Of a stretch of DNA of 64,000 nucleotides, positions 10,699 through 20,702 are shown in pieces; position 1 is the stretch's first letter, and the number at the start of each line of letters is the position of its first letter. This stretch comes from a virus. A model generated the notes under the pieces. That model saw only the letters and a list, made by a program, of their open reading frames with translations. It had not been told where the DNA came from and did not search any database. The stretch lies in IMG/VR virus record IMGVR_UViG_3300034121_001395; one strand, given 5' to 3'. A program made the translations under genes and the position numbers.

Positions 10699-11424
10699 AT
10701 GATTATGACAGATGAAATTACATATTTTTTGCAACGAGGTGATGTCTTGTTGAAAGAAAAATTTGCTGTAAAAAACTTAAATCTGTCATCTGTGTTTTGT
10801 GCATATGACGACATTGTAGATTTTTTTAACAAATTAAATATCTTAAACAGCATTCCGCAAAATTATATTCCTGTGGGGTCAGTAGAGTTTATCAACAAAT
10901 ATGCTGACAATTTTGGAATTGATTTGCCGGAAAACATTTCATATCCAGAATGTTTGCAAAAATACTTAAAAAGAGATTTAAGAAAAGGAATTTTTTTTGG
11001 TGCAAACGACTATGAATTTGTCAAACCCCAATCTACAAAAATATTTACTGGAGCAATTAAAAAAGATTTAAAGGAAAATGTTGTTGATTGGGAACCAGTT
11101 TGGATTTCTGAACCAATGTCTTTTGATGCTGAATTTAGATATTATGTAGTTGATGGTAAAATAGTCGGTCACTCTCGCTATGATGACTTTGAAAATGATT
11201 TATGCGCAGATGAAAACGTTGTAAGACAAATGATTTGTGACTATGCGGATCAACCTATAGGCTATTCAATAGATGTTGGAATAAACAGTGATAACGGTGA
11301 GACCGTTTTGATTGAAGTAAATGATGGTTGGGCATTAGGTTTATATCCTTGGGGAAATATGAGCAATGAAAGTTACGTAGATTTGATTACAAAAAGATGG
11401 AAGCAAATTTTAGATAAAATATGA
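10699..11424 (+). CDS. ATP-grasp domain protein (DUF4343/R2K-like)
   Basis: PVGSVEF, SYPECL, FVKP..KIFTG, EFRYYVVDG, SIDVG and LIEVNDGWALG motifs. Confidence 0.75.
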   Translation: MIMTDEITYFLQRGDVLLKEKFAVKNLNLSSVFCAYDDIVDFFNKLNILNSIPQNYIPVGSVEFINKYADNFGIDLPENISYPECLQKYLKRDLRKGIFFGANDYEFVKPQSTKIFTGAIKKDLKENVVDWEPVWISEPMSFDAEFRYYVVDGKIVGHSRYDDFENDLCADENVVRQMICDYADQPIGYSIDVGINSDNGETVLIEVNDGWALGLYPWGNMSNESYVDLITKRWKQILDKI

Positions 11425-11796
11425 ATAAAGACAATACAGAAAAAATTACGTACATTATAATTTTAGCTATTGTAATATACTACTGTTCAATTGTAGTGTG
11501 GGGATTTGCACGCCAGATGGACACTTTGAAAATTGAAGCAGTAGAACGTGGGCATGCTGAATGGAAAATTAAGAGTAATGGAGCAGTAAACTGGCAGTGG
11601 AAGGAACTCAAATAAAATATGATTATGACAACTATTCCTGATAAAGCAGATTTAAAAAGAATCGACAAATACAATTCTTTGGATCAACTTATGATTCTCA
11701 AAGATATCTGTAATAGAATGTATATTGCGCGAAACATTACGCTGTCGCAAGACTCTATGATTGACAACTTAGAAAAACTCGATAGACTGTTTAGAG

Positions 11797-12069
11797 ATGA
11801 AAACTACAATTGATGTTGTTCGAGAATGCTCTGGAGCAATTATGTCAATTTGTTGTATGACTGCAGCTTTACCACAAATTTATAAAGTGCTTAAAACAAA
11901 ACATGCATCAGATCTTTCACCTCATAGTATTTGTATTGGATTGTTATGTGCTGTCTCTGGACTCATATACACACTAACTGGTCCATACGGTGTGTGGTTG
12001 TTAATTAACTGTATAAGTGGTATTATACTCCAGTCTATAGTACTAATTTGTTGGTCAAAATATAAATGA
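11797..12069 (+). CDS. PQ-loop / SemiSWEET-like membrane protein
   Basis: ALPQIYKVLKTKHASDLS and three hydrophobic segments. Confidence 0.75.
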   Translation: MKTTIDVVRECSGAIMSICCMTAALPQIYKVLKTKHASDLSPHSICIGLLCAVSGLIYTLTGPYGVWLLINCISGIILQSIVLICWSKYK

Positions 12070-12073
12070 TGTT

Positions 12074-12376
12074 ATGAAAGAGATTCAATTTGTATCAGAG
12101 CTAACTGAAGCAGAAGTACGACAACTGCTGTTTGATATTTACGAGCGAGTGCCAATCGCTGGTGAAGATCTTTCCTATTCAGCATTGCCAGATAAAATTA
12201 CACGTGTTGTCAATGAAGCGCATCGTCTCTTTGCACTGGAAGAAGTGGTAACAGCATATATTGTTGAAGAATGTAACAATGGAAACATTGGTGTTCAAGA
12301 TCCGATTAACTTTTTGCTTGCATCTCATCGTATGTTAAGACATAATCTACACGACACATGGAAAGAAGAATATTAA
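12074..12376 (+). CDS. Hypothetical protein
   Basis: 100-aa ORF in a tightly packed operon. Confidence 0.5.
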   Translation: MKEIQFVSELTEAEVRQLLFDIYERVPIAGEDLSYSALPDKITRVVNEAHRLFALEEVVTAYIVEECNNGNIGVQDPINFLLASHRMLRHNLHDTWKEEY

Positions 12377-12563
12377 TATGAATGAAAAAATTGAGAAAAT
12401 TGCAAAAGCACTTGAGGATGTATCTGATCGTTCTGTGAATGCTATGGAAAATTTAGAACATAAACTAAATGATTTGGATGCTGACACCAAACAAAATAAA
12501 ATTATAATTTGGGTGATAGCATTTATTATTGCTGCAATTATAATCGCACTTAGATCTTAAGCT

Positions 12564-12821
12564 ATGGAAGGTAAATATTTTAGATGTGAATGCCATTGTG
12601 GTGTGCTCTATATGGAGTATGATCCAGATTGGGGTTTAGAGTTTGCAATGTATGAACGTTGTGTTTCACGATCGTGGTGGAATAGAATATACCTCGCTTG
12701 GCGCACGCTCTATGGTCGACCATACACTGATATGATCATCTTGAATGACCAACAGGTTGCAGATCTTGCAGACTACCTGTTTCTTGTACAAAATCCAGAT
12801 CAAACTATAAACAATATATAA
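12564..12821 (+). CDS. Hypothetical protein
   Basis: 85-aa ORF, CECH motif. Confidence 0.5.
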   Translation: MEGKYFRCECHCGVLYMEYDPDWGLEFAMYERCVSRSWWNRIYLAWRTLYGRPYTDMIILNDQQVADLADYLFLVQNPDQTINNI

Positions 12822-12825
12822 TACT

Positions 12826-13113
12826 ATGAACTACGATAAACAAGAGCCTATTAAGATTAGTGTTGAAGGTGGTCTGTCTCCAGACAGGACTCTTCAACTT
12901 ACGATGCATCCACATGCTACGATAGAAGAATGGATTGAGACATTCAAGACTATTCTTATTCATCAGACATTTGCAGAAGATACGATAAAAGAATTGTTTG
13001 ATAGAGATTATGACGAATCATGTTATGACGCTGATAACGACGATGATTGTAGCGTAGACGAAACCATCACATACCGATCTTTTAAACAAAATAATTGGAA
13101 ACAAGAATTTTAA
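12826..13113 (+). CDS. Hypothetical protein
   Basis: 95-aa ORF. Confidence 0.5.
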   Translation: MNYDKQEPIKISVEGGLSPDRTLQLTMHPHATIEEWIETFKTILIHQTFAEDTIKELFDRDYDESCYDADNDDDCSVDETITYRSFKQNNWKQEF

Positions 13114-13118
13114 AACAT

Positions 13119-13403
13119 ATGAAGATTGCAATTAACGAGTGTCATGGAGGATTTGATCTTTCGCCTGAAGCAATGTATTTGTATAGAGAAAGAGCAAATG
13201 TTCCTATAGATTTCCCATTGTATGCTTGGCATATTCCTCGAAATGATGAAAATTTAATAGGAGTAATTGAAGAGTTGGGAGAAACATCTTGGGGGCAATT
13301 TGCCAAACTAAAACTCGTTGAGATTCCAGATGACGTAGAATGGGAAATTGCTGAGTATGATGGAGTTGAATGGGTAGCTGAGAAACATCGCAAATGGAAT
13401 TAA
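13119..13403 (+). CDS. Conserved phage hypothetical protein
   Basis: KIAINECHGGFDLS..VIEELG..EIPDDVEWEIAEYDGVEWVAEKHR, widespread phage family. Confidence 0.7.
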   Translation: MKIAINECHGGFDLSPEAMYLYRERANVPIDFPLYAWHIPRNDENLIGVIEELGETSWGQFAKLKLVEIPDDVEWEIAEYDGVEWVAEKHRKWN

Positions 13404-13410
13404 AAAACTT

Positions 13411-13440
13411 GTGTACATTTTTCGAGTTTTAGTGTATAAT
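13411..13440 (+). promoter_or_regulatory. Early promoter
   Basis: GTGTAC-N18-TATAAT. Confidence 0.7.
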
Positions 13441-13446
13441 TAGGCC

Positions 13447-14037
13447 ATGATTATTGATACATACAGTCCCAGTCCTTGGAGAGTTTTTAAACATCCTTCG
13501 CTGCTGTTTAACAGCTTTTATTGGAGTGATATCAAATACCAAATCAAAGCATGGTTTAATCCACGCCAAAAGTGGCTAACTAAAACTATTCCTAACACAT
13601 GGTGTGACAAGGTAACTCTTATTCCGCACTTACTTTTTACTTGTCTCACACACTATGTAGAAGACGAAAAAGGTCTTCAAGATCATACTGATTGGACTGA
13701 AGATCTTGAAAAAGGATATATCTCGCAAGAGTATGTTGATAGTGTTAAAAACACTGATAATGAGCTTCGTGAAGTTTATAATTATATTAAAACCGAGCGA
13801 CCAGGACTTGAACTACATCTTGAAGTTTCTTATCCAACACCAAGTTCAAAAGCAATCAATGATCTTTTCATTAAAGAGGAAGATGGCAATTGTACAATGA
13901 GAAGCTGTGAAGAGCTTTACGGTATGTCATATAAAGAAGCATATGCTGAGGTTCATCGTCTTGAAGCATTGCTTGAAGAAAAAGATATGTGGGCTATGAA
14001 CACCATCATCAAGCACTATCAAAAAATGTGGACATGA
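13447..14037 (+). CDS. Hypothetical protein
   Basis: 196-aa ORF directly after the promoter; WCDK..MWT motifs. Confidence 0.6.
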   Translation: MIIDTYSPSPWRVFKHPSLLFNSFYWSDIKYQIKAWFNPRQKWLTKTIPNTWCDKVTLIPHLLFTCLTHYVEDEKGLQDHTDWTEDLEKGYISQEYVDSVKNTDNELREVYNYIKTERPGLELHLEVSYPTPSSKAINDLFIKEEDGNCTMRSCEELYGMSYKEAYAEVHRLEALLEEKDMWAMNTIIKHYQKMWT

Positions 14038-14441
14038 AAAACTACTTCGCAGACAACAACTATGGCATTCGGTTTAAATCCAAAACAGAAGCAATTGAGC
14101 AGTTATGCTTAAAGGTTTTTGGAGCGACTCCTGTTTATGAATCGTCTCTTGAAGAATTAAAAACAGAAACACTAGAGAGTATGTATGCAAAGGTAGTTTC
14201 TGTAGCTTTAGAATGCGATCCAATTCCAGCAAAGGATCGTGCGGATGATAAATTAGAACCACCGTGGGAAGTTTTTGCGCGAGTTAAACGTGAACGTGAC
14301 AAACTGGTATCGGCTTTGTGGTCGATCAGGGAATATTGGAATCGTAACCAGAATGAATCGGCAATGGTTGACGCATGCTGGCATGCAATCTATACTGCTG
14401 AACAAGCACTCGCCGCCGTGGAAGGAGGGAGCGATGAGTGA
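14034..14441 (+). CDS. Hypothetical protein
   Basis: ATGA overlap with the previous stop. Confidence 0.55.
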   Translation: MKNYFADNNYGIRFKSKTEAIEQLCLKVFGATPVYESSLEELKTETLESMYAKVVSVALECDPIPAKDRADDKLEPPWEVFARVKRERDKLVSALWSIREYWNRNQNESAMVDACWHAIYTAEQALAAVEGGSDE

Positions 14442-14913
14442 GGGGCGGATCAGGGTATATGGCCGGAGGCTGTCCAATCGTGAGATTGCGGATTTGCTAC
14501 CTCTTTCAGCCGAACGCCAACGCGAACGCGACATGCTTGTTGAGGAGCAAAACCTATTGAAGCAATGCTTGTCAGCCATGCCAGTCGGCTACATTCCAAC
14601 GCACACAGCGGAGAACTTACCAGAGATGATTTGCGACTTAGCGAAAGCACTTGCTGAAGAAACCACTGAGCGAGAAAATCTCGAACGCGAACTTGCCACC
14701 GTGACTGAGCAACGCGACAGGCTGGCGGAGGCAATACGAAAACACAGAGATGAGCTTGAACTAACTTCTGGCGACTCCGTTGATAGAATTTTATGGAACG
14801 CCCTCGCCGCCGTAAAAGAAAAACAAACAAAAGACAGTCAAAGTTGTCCAGAGTGTGACGCTTTGGCAAGTCATGGATGCAATGATGGACCATGTGAAAC
14901 TCATAAGTTATGA
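14434..14913 (+). CDS. Hypothetical coiled-coil protein (GC-richer segment)
   Basis: GGAGGG before ATG 14434; coiled-coil ERENLERELATVTEQRDRLAEA. Confidence 0.5.
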   Translation: MSEGRIRVYGRRLSNREIADLLPLSAERQRERDMLVEEQNLLKQCLSAMPVGYIPTHTAENLPEMICDLAKALAEETTERENLERELATVTEQRDRLAEAIRKHRDELELTSGDSVDRILWNALAAVKEKQTKDSQSCPECDALASHGCNDGPCETHKL

Positions 14914-15635
14914 AATATAAATCAGTAGAAGAATTAAACGATAAAATTATGGAAGCTATAGAAGAAGACGACAAATTTGAAACGCAACTGTTTGCAAAAT
15001 ATCCTGCTCTCTTTCCACGAGATGAAAGTGGTAATCTATTGCCACAAAGCCAACGATGCTGGAACGATTGCCCAGACGGGTGGAGAAATATTGTAGACTC
15101 GTTGTTTGATTGCATCGATGACTATGTAAAGCATCATAAGTATACAGAAGTCAATCCAAAGCGCAAACTGCAATTGAGAATGCGTAAAGCATATTGGAAG
15201 TATGTACGTGATCCAATTTACAGAAAGTTCAATCCATATCGAGACTTTGAAAAGAGATTGCCTAAAGGTGCAAAGTTTGCTTCTCCGAGCAATGAAGAGC
15301 GAGAGAAGATTAATAAAACTTTTGCCTCTCGTATTCGTGCTCTCGTAAGTACTATTGATAGAAAGTTTTTTAATAGACGCGATCTTTACATTGGTGTGTC
15401 TCCTCCCCCTGTAGTTATCGATCAATACAAAGAAAAGTTTGGCACTCTGCGCGTCTATTTTGATGGTGGAGATGATGTTGTTAAAGGCATGGTTCATTAT
15501 GCTGAACATCTGTCTTCGCTTACCTGTCAAGACACTGGAAAGCCTGGACAACTGTGTCGTCGTGGAATGTGGTATGCTACTCTGAGTAAATCACAAGCTA
15601 AAAAGCAAGGATATAAACCGACAAAGGACCAATAA
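14910..15635 (+). CDS. Conserved phage hypothetical protein
   Basis: CPDGW..QYKEKFGTLRVYF..TCQDTGKPG family motif. Confidence 0.7.
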   Translation: MKYKSVEELNDKIMEAIEEDDKFETQLFAKYPALFPRDESGNLLPQSQRCWNDCPDGWRNIVDSLFDCIDDYVKHHKYTEVNPKRKLQLRMRKAYWKYVRDPIYRKFNPYRDFEKRLPKGAKFASPSNEEREKINKTFASRIRALVSTIDRKFFNRRDLYIGVSPPPVVIDQYKEKFGTLRVYFDGGDDVVKGMVHYAEHLSSLTCQDTGKPGQLCRRGMWYATLSKSQAKKQGYKPTKDQ

Positions 15636-15640
15636 AACGT

Positions 15641-16240
15641 ATGAAAAAAAATGACTTTATTGCAAAGGCAATCTCTGAATTGCTAGAAGACGGATTTTCT
15701 ATTCGATTGCCTATGGTAAAGTCTATTGATGGCAAGTATGGTGGTTGGTTTAATGATGATAAGACACAAAAAGAATTTGTAGTCGCGATGAAGCGTGACA
15801 GCGCATTTGAAGTGTTTGTGCATGAATATTGTCACTATCTTCAGTGGAAACATCATCGCAGATTTTTTAATAAAAAGGCAAAGGGATGCGATGTTGTATT
15901 TAGTTGGCTTGACGGTAAACGCTATTCAAAAAAGGTAGTAGCGCAGTCGATACGAGATGCTATAGAACTTGAACTGCATTGTGAACAGCTTGCGTGCAAG
16001 ATGATTAAACAATATAAGTTAGACATTGACCTTGACAATTATATTCGTGGTGCAAACTGCTATCTCTTCTTCTATCATACTGTAGAAAAGTTGAGAGCAT
16101 GGTGCAACAACAGTCGATCACCATATTCAAAGCCGTTGAGAGCATTAGCATCGACACGACTAGAGCCTTTAGATTTTTATCTAGACGCAAATAACTATAG
16201 TGATAAGCTTCGTGCTCGTCATGAAAAGATTTGCAATTAA
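15641..16240 (+). CDS. Putative zinc metallopeptidase
   Basis: VFVHEYCHYLQW (HExxH) with downstream ELHCE. Confidence 0.6.
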   Translation: MKKNDFIAKAISELLEDGFSIRLPMVKSIDGKYGGWFNDDKTQKEFVVAMKRDSAFEVFVHEYCHYLQWKHHRRFFNKKAKGCDVVFSWLDGKRYSKKVVAQSIRDAIELELHCEQLACKMIKQYKLDIDLDNYIRGANCYLFFYHTVEKLRAWCNNSRSPYSKPLRALASTRLEPLDFYLDANNYSDKLRARHEKICN

Positions 16241-16341
16241 AAACCCTTTCACGGTGTAAACTGTGAAGCTGTGGAGACGTATTATCCTCTCCTTGTTTGC
16301 TGAGGACAAATAATACTAAAGATAGAAAGGAAACAAAAATA

Positions 16342-16755
16342 ATGATGAAAAAACTGTTGTATACAACTATAACCTCATTATTGCTTCTTGGGACTGCATA
16401 CTCAACGAGTACCGCTCTTAAGAACGCGACAAAGGTGCGCGCACGCATTACATACTACTATTCGGAATCTCCGTGGTGGGATCGTGTAGCATGCCCAAAA
16501 ACCAAAACTGCAAAAAGCGGGGTGACTGTAGCAGCTCATCCCGATTTCAAGATGGGAACGAAGTTATTTATTCCCGGTTTGAAAGGAAAAGTAGGAAATG
16601 GGAGTTTCGTCGTCCAAGATCGTGGTTCGGCCGTTACTCGCAAAAGTGCTGCTCGTGGTCGTGGATATGTCTTTGACATCTACGTTCCAAGAGCATCATA
16701 CACTCAGCTTGTAAAGTCCACTCCTGCCTGGATGGATGTTTATATTCTGAAGTAA
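16342..16755 (+). CDS. 3D-domain secreted/cell-wall protein
   Basis: Signal peptide; ARITYY, TVAAHP, GTKLFIPG, VQDRGSAV and FDIYV. Confidence 0.75.
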   Translation: MMKKLLYTTITSLLLLGTAYSTSTALKNATKVRARITYYYSESPWWDRVACPKTKTAKSGVTVAAHPDFKMGTKLFIPGLKGKVGNGSFVVQDRGSAVTRKSAARGRGYVFDIYVPRASYTQLVKSTPAWMDVYILK

Positions 16756-16892
16756 AAAATACACTCAGCAAACAGGTTTGGGGATAGTGTGGTCATTTGT
16801 ACTACACTATCCCTGTCCCAGGCCTCCCAAGGGCTAAAAATGCCTAAAATATGGTCCCGGGGACGAAAAAAGTGAAAAAAAGTGCATTTTGT

Positions 16893-16960
16893 TGAAAAAA
16901 GTTGTGTACTTTCCGTGGGTTTTATGCTATAATAACCATGTAAGCACAACCAACCACAAT
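16893..16960 (+). repeat. Repeated early-promoter cassette, copy 2
   Basis: TGAAAAAAGTTGTGTACTTTCCGTGGGTTTTATGCTATAATAACCATGTAAGCAC..CAACCACAAT. Confidence 0.85.
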
Positions 16961-17149
16961 ATGCAAACCACAATTAAGTTCCCTTCCCACGAAGAGATTT
17001 ATAAGCAGATGCTCGAACTTTTCAATGCAAGTGCCAACTGGCGCGGGATGCACAATCGTGAGACGCTCGACGATTTGATCTCTGACTTGGAACAGTATCG
17101 TCGCACTCTTCCAACCGTTGAAGAATATATTGTCCACGATCTTCTCTAA
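16961..17149 (+). CDS. Hypothetical early protein
   Basis: ATG immediately after the cassette. Confidence 0.55.
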   Translation: MQTTIKFPSHEEIYKQMLELFNASANWRGMHNRETLDDLISDLEQYRRTLPTVEEYIVHDLL

Positions 17150-17171
17150 TACAAATACCACCACTAATACC

Positions 17172-17426
17172 ATGTCAAACTACCCTAATATGAGCTACTG
17201 CATGTTCGAGAATACCGTTCATGCCATGAAACAAATCGAGAGTGATCTACTAGCTGCTCTCGATGATGGAACATCGCCCGAAGATTATCGTAAAGCATTG
17301 AGTTGCCGTCAAGAGGCAGAAGCATACGATAGACTCAAAGAGATGTGTGAAGATATTCTTAGCATACTTAAGGACATGAATTACAATGATCCTGACTATG
17401 TTGAAATCGACGATGAAGACGATTAA
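17172..17426 (+). CDS. Hypothetical protein
   Basis: NMSYCMFENT motif of a small phage family. Confidence 0.6.
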   Translation: MSNYPNMSYCMFENTVHAMKQIESDLLAALDDGTSPEDYRKALSCRQEAEAYDRLKEMCEDILSILKDMNYNDPDYVEIDDEDD

Positions 17427-17840
17427 GGAACACAGATATAATACACATATGGAAACGATCTACAATGTTAAAGTACGTACAAACGATGACGATGCATTCA
17501 CTGTCTATCATTTCGATGAAGAAGGTGCCAGGGAGTGCGTTTTTGATTACTTGTCGCAAGGCTTTACGGTCACTATAGTAACTGAAACTTCAGAGGAACT
17601 CTGATACAATAAGATATGCAAACAGACACCGTCGAACAAACTATTGAGAAGCTGATGAAGACTGTTGACGAGCTCATGACGCTCGGTCATGCCGCAATCA
17701 ACTTCATCGATTACGACAAGCATAGCGCTGATCGTATGCACCTTCGCGATAATCTTCTTAACATCACCAAGCGACACAACGAACAATACTAGAAGAAGTC
17801 TTGGACAATATGCTCTCAATGCAATTTAATGTAAAAAGTT

Positions 17841-17870
17841 GTGTACATCTTCTAAATTTTAAGTTATAAT
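17841..17870 (+). promoter_or_regulatory. Early promoter
   Basis: AAAAAGTTGTGTAC-N18-TATAAT. Confidence 0.75.
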
Positions 17871-17900
17871 AGTCTCCTAACAACAAAACAAAACAAACAT

Positions 17901-18335
17901 ATGCTAACGCGTGTAAAAGAAATGATTGACGAGTTCAATTCTCGTCCCAATGCTTCCGCTGGCTTTACTGCCAAGGAAGTTTATGAAGTCGGTAAGACCT
18001 TTGGTCTTACTTGTCGTGAAATTGGCCAAACCTTCCTTGGCAAAGACAAGTCGATTGGTTATAGTCGCTATTTGCCGCAAATGCCTCCCGCTGAGGTTAT
18101 TGCAGCAGCAATGAAGGCTGGTCCAAAGAAGCGTGGTCGTAAACCAGGTGCTGCAAAAAAAGTTGCTGCTGAAGTCGTGCCAGAGGTTGTTGAAAAGGCA
18201 AATGATGAGATGCCTTCTTCAAGCGAAGGTGGAGAAGTCTTTTGTTGGATCGCATCTCCTCAAGAGATTGCTGAAGAGTTTGAGTCTCCAGCGCCAGTTA
18301 AAGCCAAAAAACCACGTAAAGTAAAGCGTCTCTGA
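17901..18335 (+). CDS. Basic, possibly DNA-binding protein
   Basis: PKKRGRKPG AT-hook-like motif, Lys-rich tail. Confidence 0.55.
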   Translation: MLTRVKEMIDEFNSRPNASAGFTAKEVYEVGKTFGLTCREIGQTFLGKDKSIGYSRYLPQMPPAEVIAAAMKAGPKKRGRKPGAAKKVAAEVVPEVVEKANDEMPSSSEGGEVFCWIASPQEIAEEFESPAPVKAKKPRKVKRL

Positions 18336-18413
18336 TTTAATTTGACGCCTCTTAAAAATCCCAGATGGTAATTTTAAATTGCTGTCTGGGATCTTTCTCT
18401 TATAAATCACTAT

Positions 18414-18776
18414 ATGACAGACACTCATCCTATTCTAGATCGCCTCTATTCAATGTTTTGTGCAAAAGCAAATGTGCACACCTCTGACGTTTTGCAAAAT
18501 CAACTATTTTCAAAGGTGCTCGATTTTGTTGAATGTCAAGATTGTTTTAATAGCATTTCATGGTCTTCAATCGAAAATGGTCATTCAATCAAAGATGCTG
18601 TTTCAGACGTTTATCTATACGTCACTAATGATCGACCACTTCAAGTCAATAAAATTATAGAGTGCGAGTTGTCTGAAAATTATGACGCGCTCTCTGAGCG
18701 CACAGCAGCTCTTGAAGAGCAAGACAACTATCATTTGAGTTTAATCGTTGCGTTTCGCAAAATTATTTTTGGTTAA
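18414..18776 (+). CDS. Hypothetical protein
   Basis: 120-aa ORF. Confidence 0.55.
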   Translation: MTDTHPILDRLYSMFCAKANVHTSDVLQNQLFSKVLDFVECQDCFNSISWSSIENGHSIKDAVSDVYLYVTNDRPLQVNKIIECELSENYDALSERTAALEEQDNYHLSLIVAFRKIIFG

Positions 18777-18777
18777 T

Positions 18778-19512
18778 ATGACAATAGAGCAAATACGACA
18801 ATATTTTGTAGGTCAATACAAAAGCAAAAATTTTGTAGTTGATAAGAGTGGTGTCACTACACTCGAGCTTGTTGGTGCAAGCTTTTGTGCCAATGAACCA
18901 AGTATCTTTGGTGAAATTAACGATGACTATATTCAACGCGAGTTGGAATGGTATCTTTCGCAAAGTCTCTATGTAAAAGACATTCCAGGTGTTGTTCCTA
19001 AAATTTGGCAAGACGTTTCAAGCCGAGACGGCAAAATCAATTCAAATTATGGTTATCTTGTTTTCAACTCTGAAAACTACGCGCAATATGAAAATGTGTT
19101 AATGGAATTGTCTCGTTCACCAAACAGTCGCCGAGCTGTCATGATCTATACTCGACCAAGCATGCATAGCAACTGGTGTGTAGGCGGCATGAGTGACTTT
19201 ATTTGCACAAATGCAGTGCAATATATGATTCGTAATGGCGCCCTGCAGGTTGTTGTACAGATGCGTAGCAATGATATTTGGGCAGGTTATCGTAATGACT
19301 ATGCGTGGCAAAAGTATGTTCAAGACAAACTCGTCTATGATTATAATTGTGGTACCAAAAAAGCCGATAAGATTGTCCCAGGAAATATCATTTGGCAAGT
19401 CGGCAGTCTACATGCATACGAAAATCAATATTATTTGATTGATCATTATTCTAAAACTGGAGAATTCTACATTTCTAAAAAAGATTATAATATTTTGTAT
19501 AATAAATCTTAA
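18778..19512 (+). CDS. 42: dCMP hydroxymethyltransferase (T4 gp42-like)
   Basis: NSNYG, SDFICTN, QMRSNDIWAGYRNDYAWQKYV and GSLHAYE; the Asp in RND is the dCMP-specificity residue (Asn in ThyA). Confidence 0.85.
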   Translation: MTIEQIRQYFVGQYKSKNFVVDKSGVTTLELVGASFCANEPSIFGEINDDYIQRELEWYLSQSLYVKDIPGVVPKIWQDVSSRDGKINSNYGYLVFNSENYAQYENVLMELSRSPNSRRAVMIYTRPSMHSNWCVGGMSDFICTNAVQYMIRNGALQVVVQMRSNDIWAGYRNDYAWQKYVQDKLVYDYNCGTKKADKIVPGNIIWQVGSLHAYENQYYLIDHYSKTGEFYISKKDYNILYNKS

Positions 19513-19541
19513 CGACATAGAGTTTGGTTATAAATACCTAA

Positions 19542-20186
19542 ATGGGATATGTTTATAAATTTACTCACGTCAATACTGGAATGTATTATATAGGAAGTCA
19601 TAATGGAAAAAAGAAAAACTATAGTGGAAGCGGTTTAATTTGGCAAAGAGCAAAATTAAAATACAGTATAGATTCTTTTACTAAAGAATTGTTATATGAA
19701 GGAGATTTTTATAGAGAAGAAGAGGAAAGAATTCTTAAAGAATTAGATGCAGCAAATGATCCGTTATCATATAATATGAAAAATGAAGCATTAGGTGGTT
19801 CATTTCATGGAGAAAAAAATGGAATGTTTGGTAAAAAATTAACTGAAAAACACAAATACAAATGTGGAAATGGATTTAGAGGTAAAAAAAGACCAGATCA
19901 TTCAGAAAAAATGAAAGGTAAAAATAATCCAGCATTTGGTAAATCAGAACATGCATATGGTATAATTGAATGGGCAAAAAATAATGAAGGAAAAACATAT
20001 GATGAAATACACGGAGAAGAAAAAAGTAAAATTTTAAGAAGTAAATTGTCTAAGAGTCAGCGAGGTAAAAAACATAATTTGGCACAAAAGCAATGTCCTC
20101 ATTGTCTATTAGTTGGTAGTGGCCCAAATATGTCACGATACCATTTTAACAATTGTAAAAAATATATTCAAGAACACTCCCTTTGA
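19542..20186 (+). CDS. Seg-like GIY-YIG homing endonuclease
   Basis: YVYKFTH..YYIGSH, YSGSG, SYNMK and NUMOD-like GEKNGMFGKK repeats; late promoter TATAAATA just upstream. Confidence 0.8.
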   Translation: MGYVYKFTHVNTGMYYIGSHNGKKKNYSGSGLIWQRAKLKYSIDSFTKELLYEGDFYREEEERILKELDAANDPLSYNMKNEALGGSFHGEKNGMFGKKLTEKHKYKCGNGFRGKKRPDHSEKMKGKNNPAFGKSEHAYGIIEWAKNNEGKTYDEIHGEEKSKILRSKLSKSQRGKKHNLAQKQCPHCLLVGSGPNMSRYHFNNCKKYIQEHSL

Positions 20187-20223
20187 TATTTACAAAGCTT
20201 AAAAAACATATATAATAACATCT

Positions 20224-20349
20224 ATGAAACACACTGGAATTAAAGTACAACAAAAGAAAATTAAGCGCAAAGGCATTCATGCTAAAAGCAAGACTTCACA
20301 TCTCAAACAAAGTAAACACTACAGGAAACTTTCACGCGGCCAAGGTTAA
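20224..20349 (+). CDS. Small basic peptide
   Basis: MKHTGIKVQQKKIKRKGIHAKSKTSHLKQSKHYRKLSRGQG after a TTTAC/TATAAT promoter. Confidence 0.5.
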   Translation: MKHTGIKVQQKKIKRKGIHAKSKTSHLKQSKHYRKLSRGQG

Positions 20350-20354
20350 TAAAC

Positions 20355-20702
20355 ATGAAAAAAGCATCAATAAAAGTTCTTGAAGAGTGCGCGGAACTAC
20401 AACTCAAAAAGTCTAATGACTATCAAAATCCTCATAGCAGGATTCGTCAAGCAGACTATTATCCACGCGGCGCAGCTAGTATACTTGACGTTATACACGC
20501 AAAGGTGCTACGTATGTCAAGCGTTCTTGAAGCCATGGAAAATGATCCAAATTACACTCCAAACTTTGAAAGTATTGAAGACAGCGGCAAGGATCTAATT
20601 AACTATGGCAGCTTTCTCGTTGCATGGTGTCGTGGTGGAATTGATGGTCAGGACCCGGATCGTGACTTTTTAAATCGTCGTAAAAAACAAACTGAAGCAT
20701 GA
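20355..20702 (+). CDS. DUF1599-like nucleotide-modification-associated protein
   Basis: KKSNDY..ESIEDSGKDLINY motif; lies between the hydroxymethylase and the glycosyltransferase. Confidence 0.7.
   Translation: MKKASIKVLEECAELQLKKSNDYQNPHSRIRQADYYPRGAASILDVIHAKVLRMSSVLEAMENDPNYTPNFESIEDSGKDLINYGSFLVAWCRGGIDGQDPDRDFLNRRKKQTEA

Noticed and set aside
18778-19512. Thymidylate synthase call
   Set aside because: RSNDxxxGxRNDYAW matches T4 gp42, with Asp rather than the ThyA Asn
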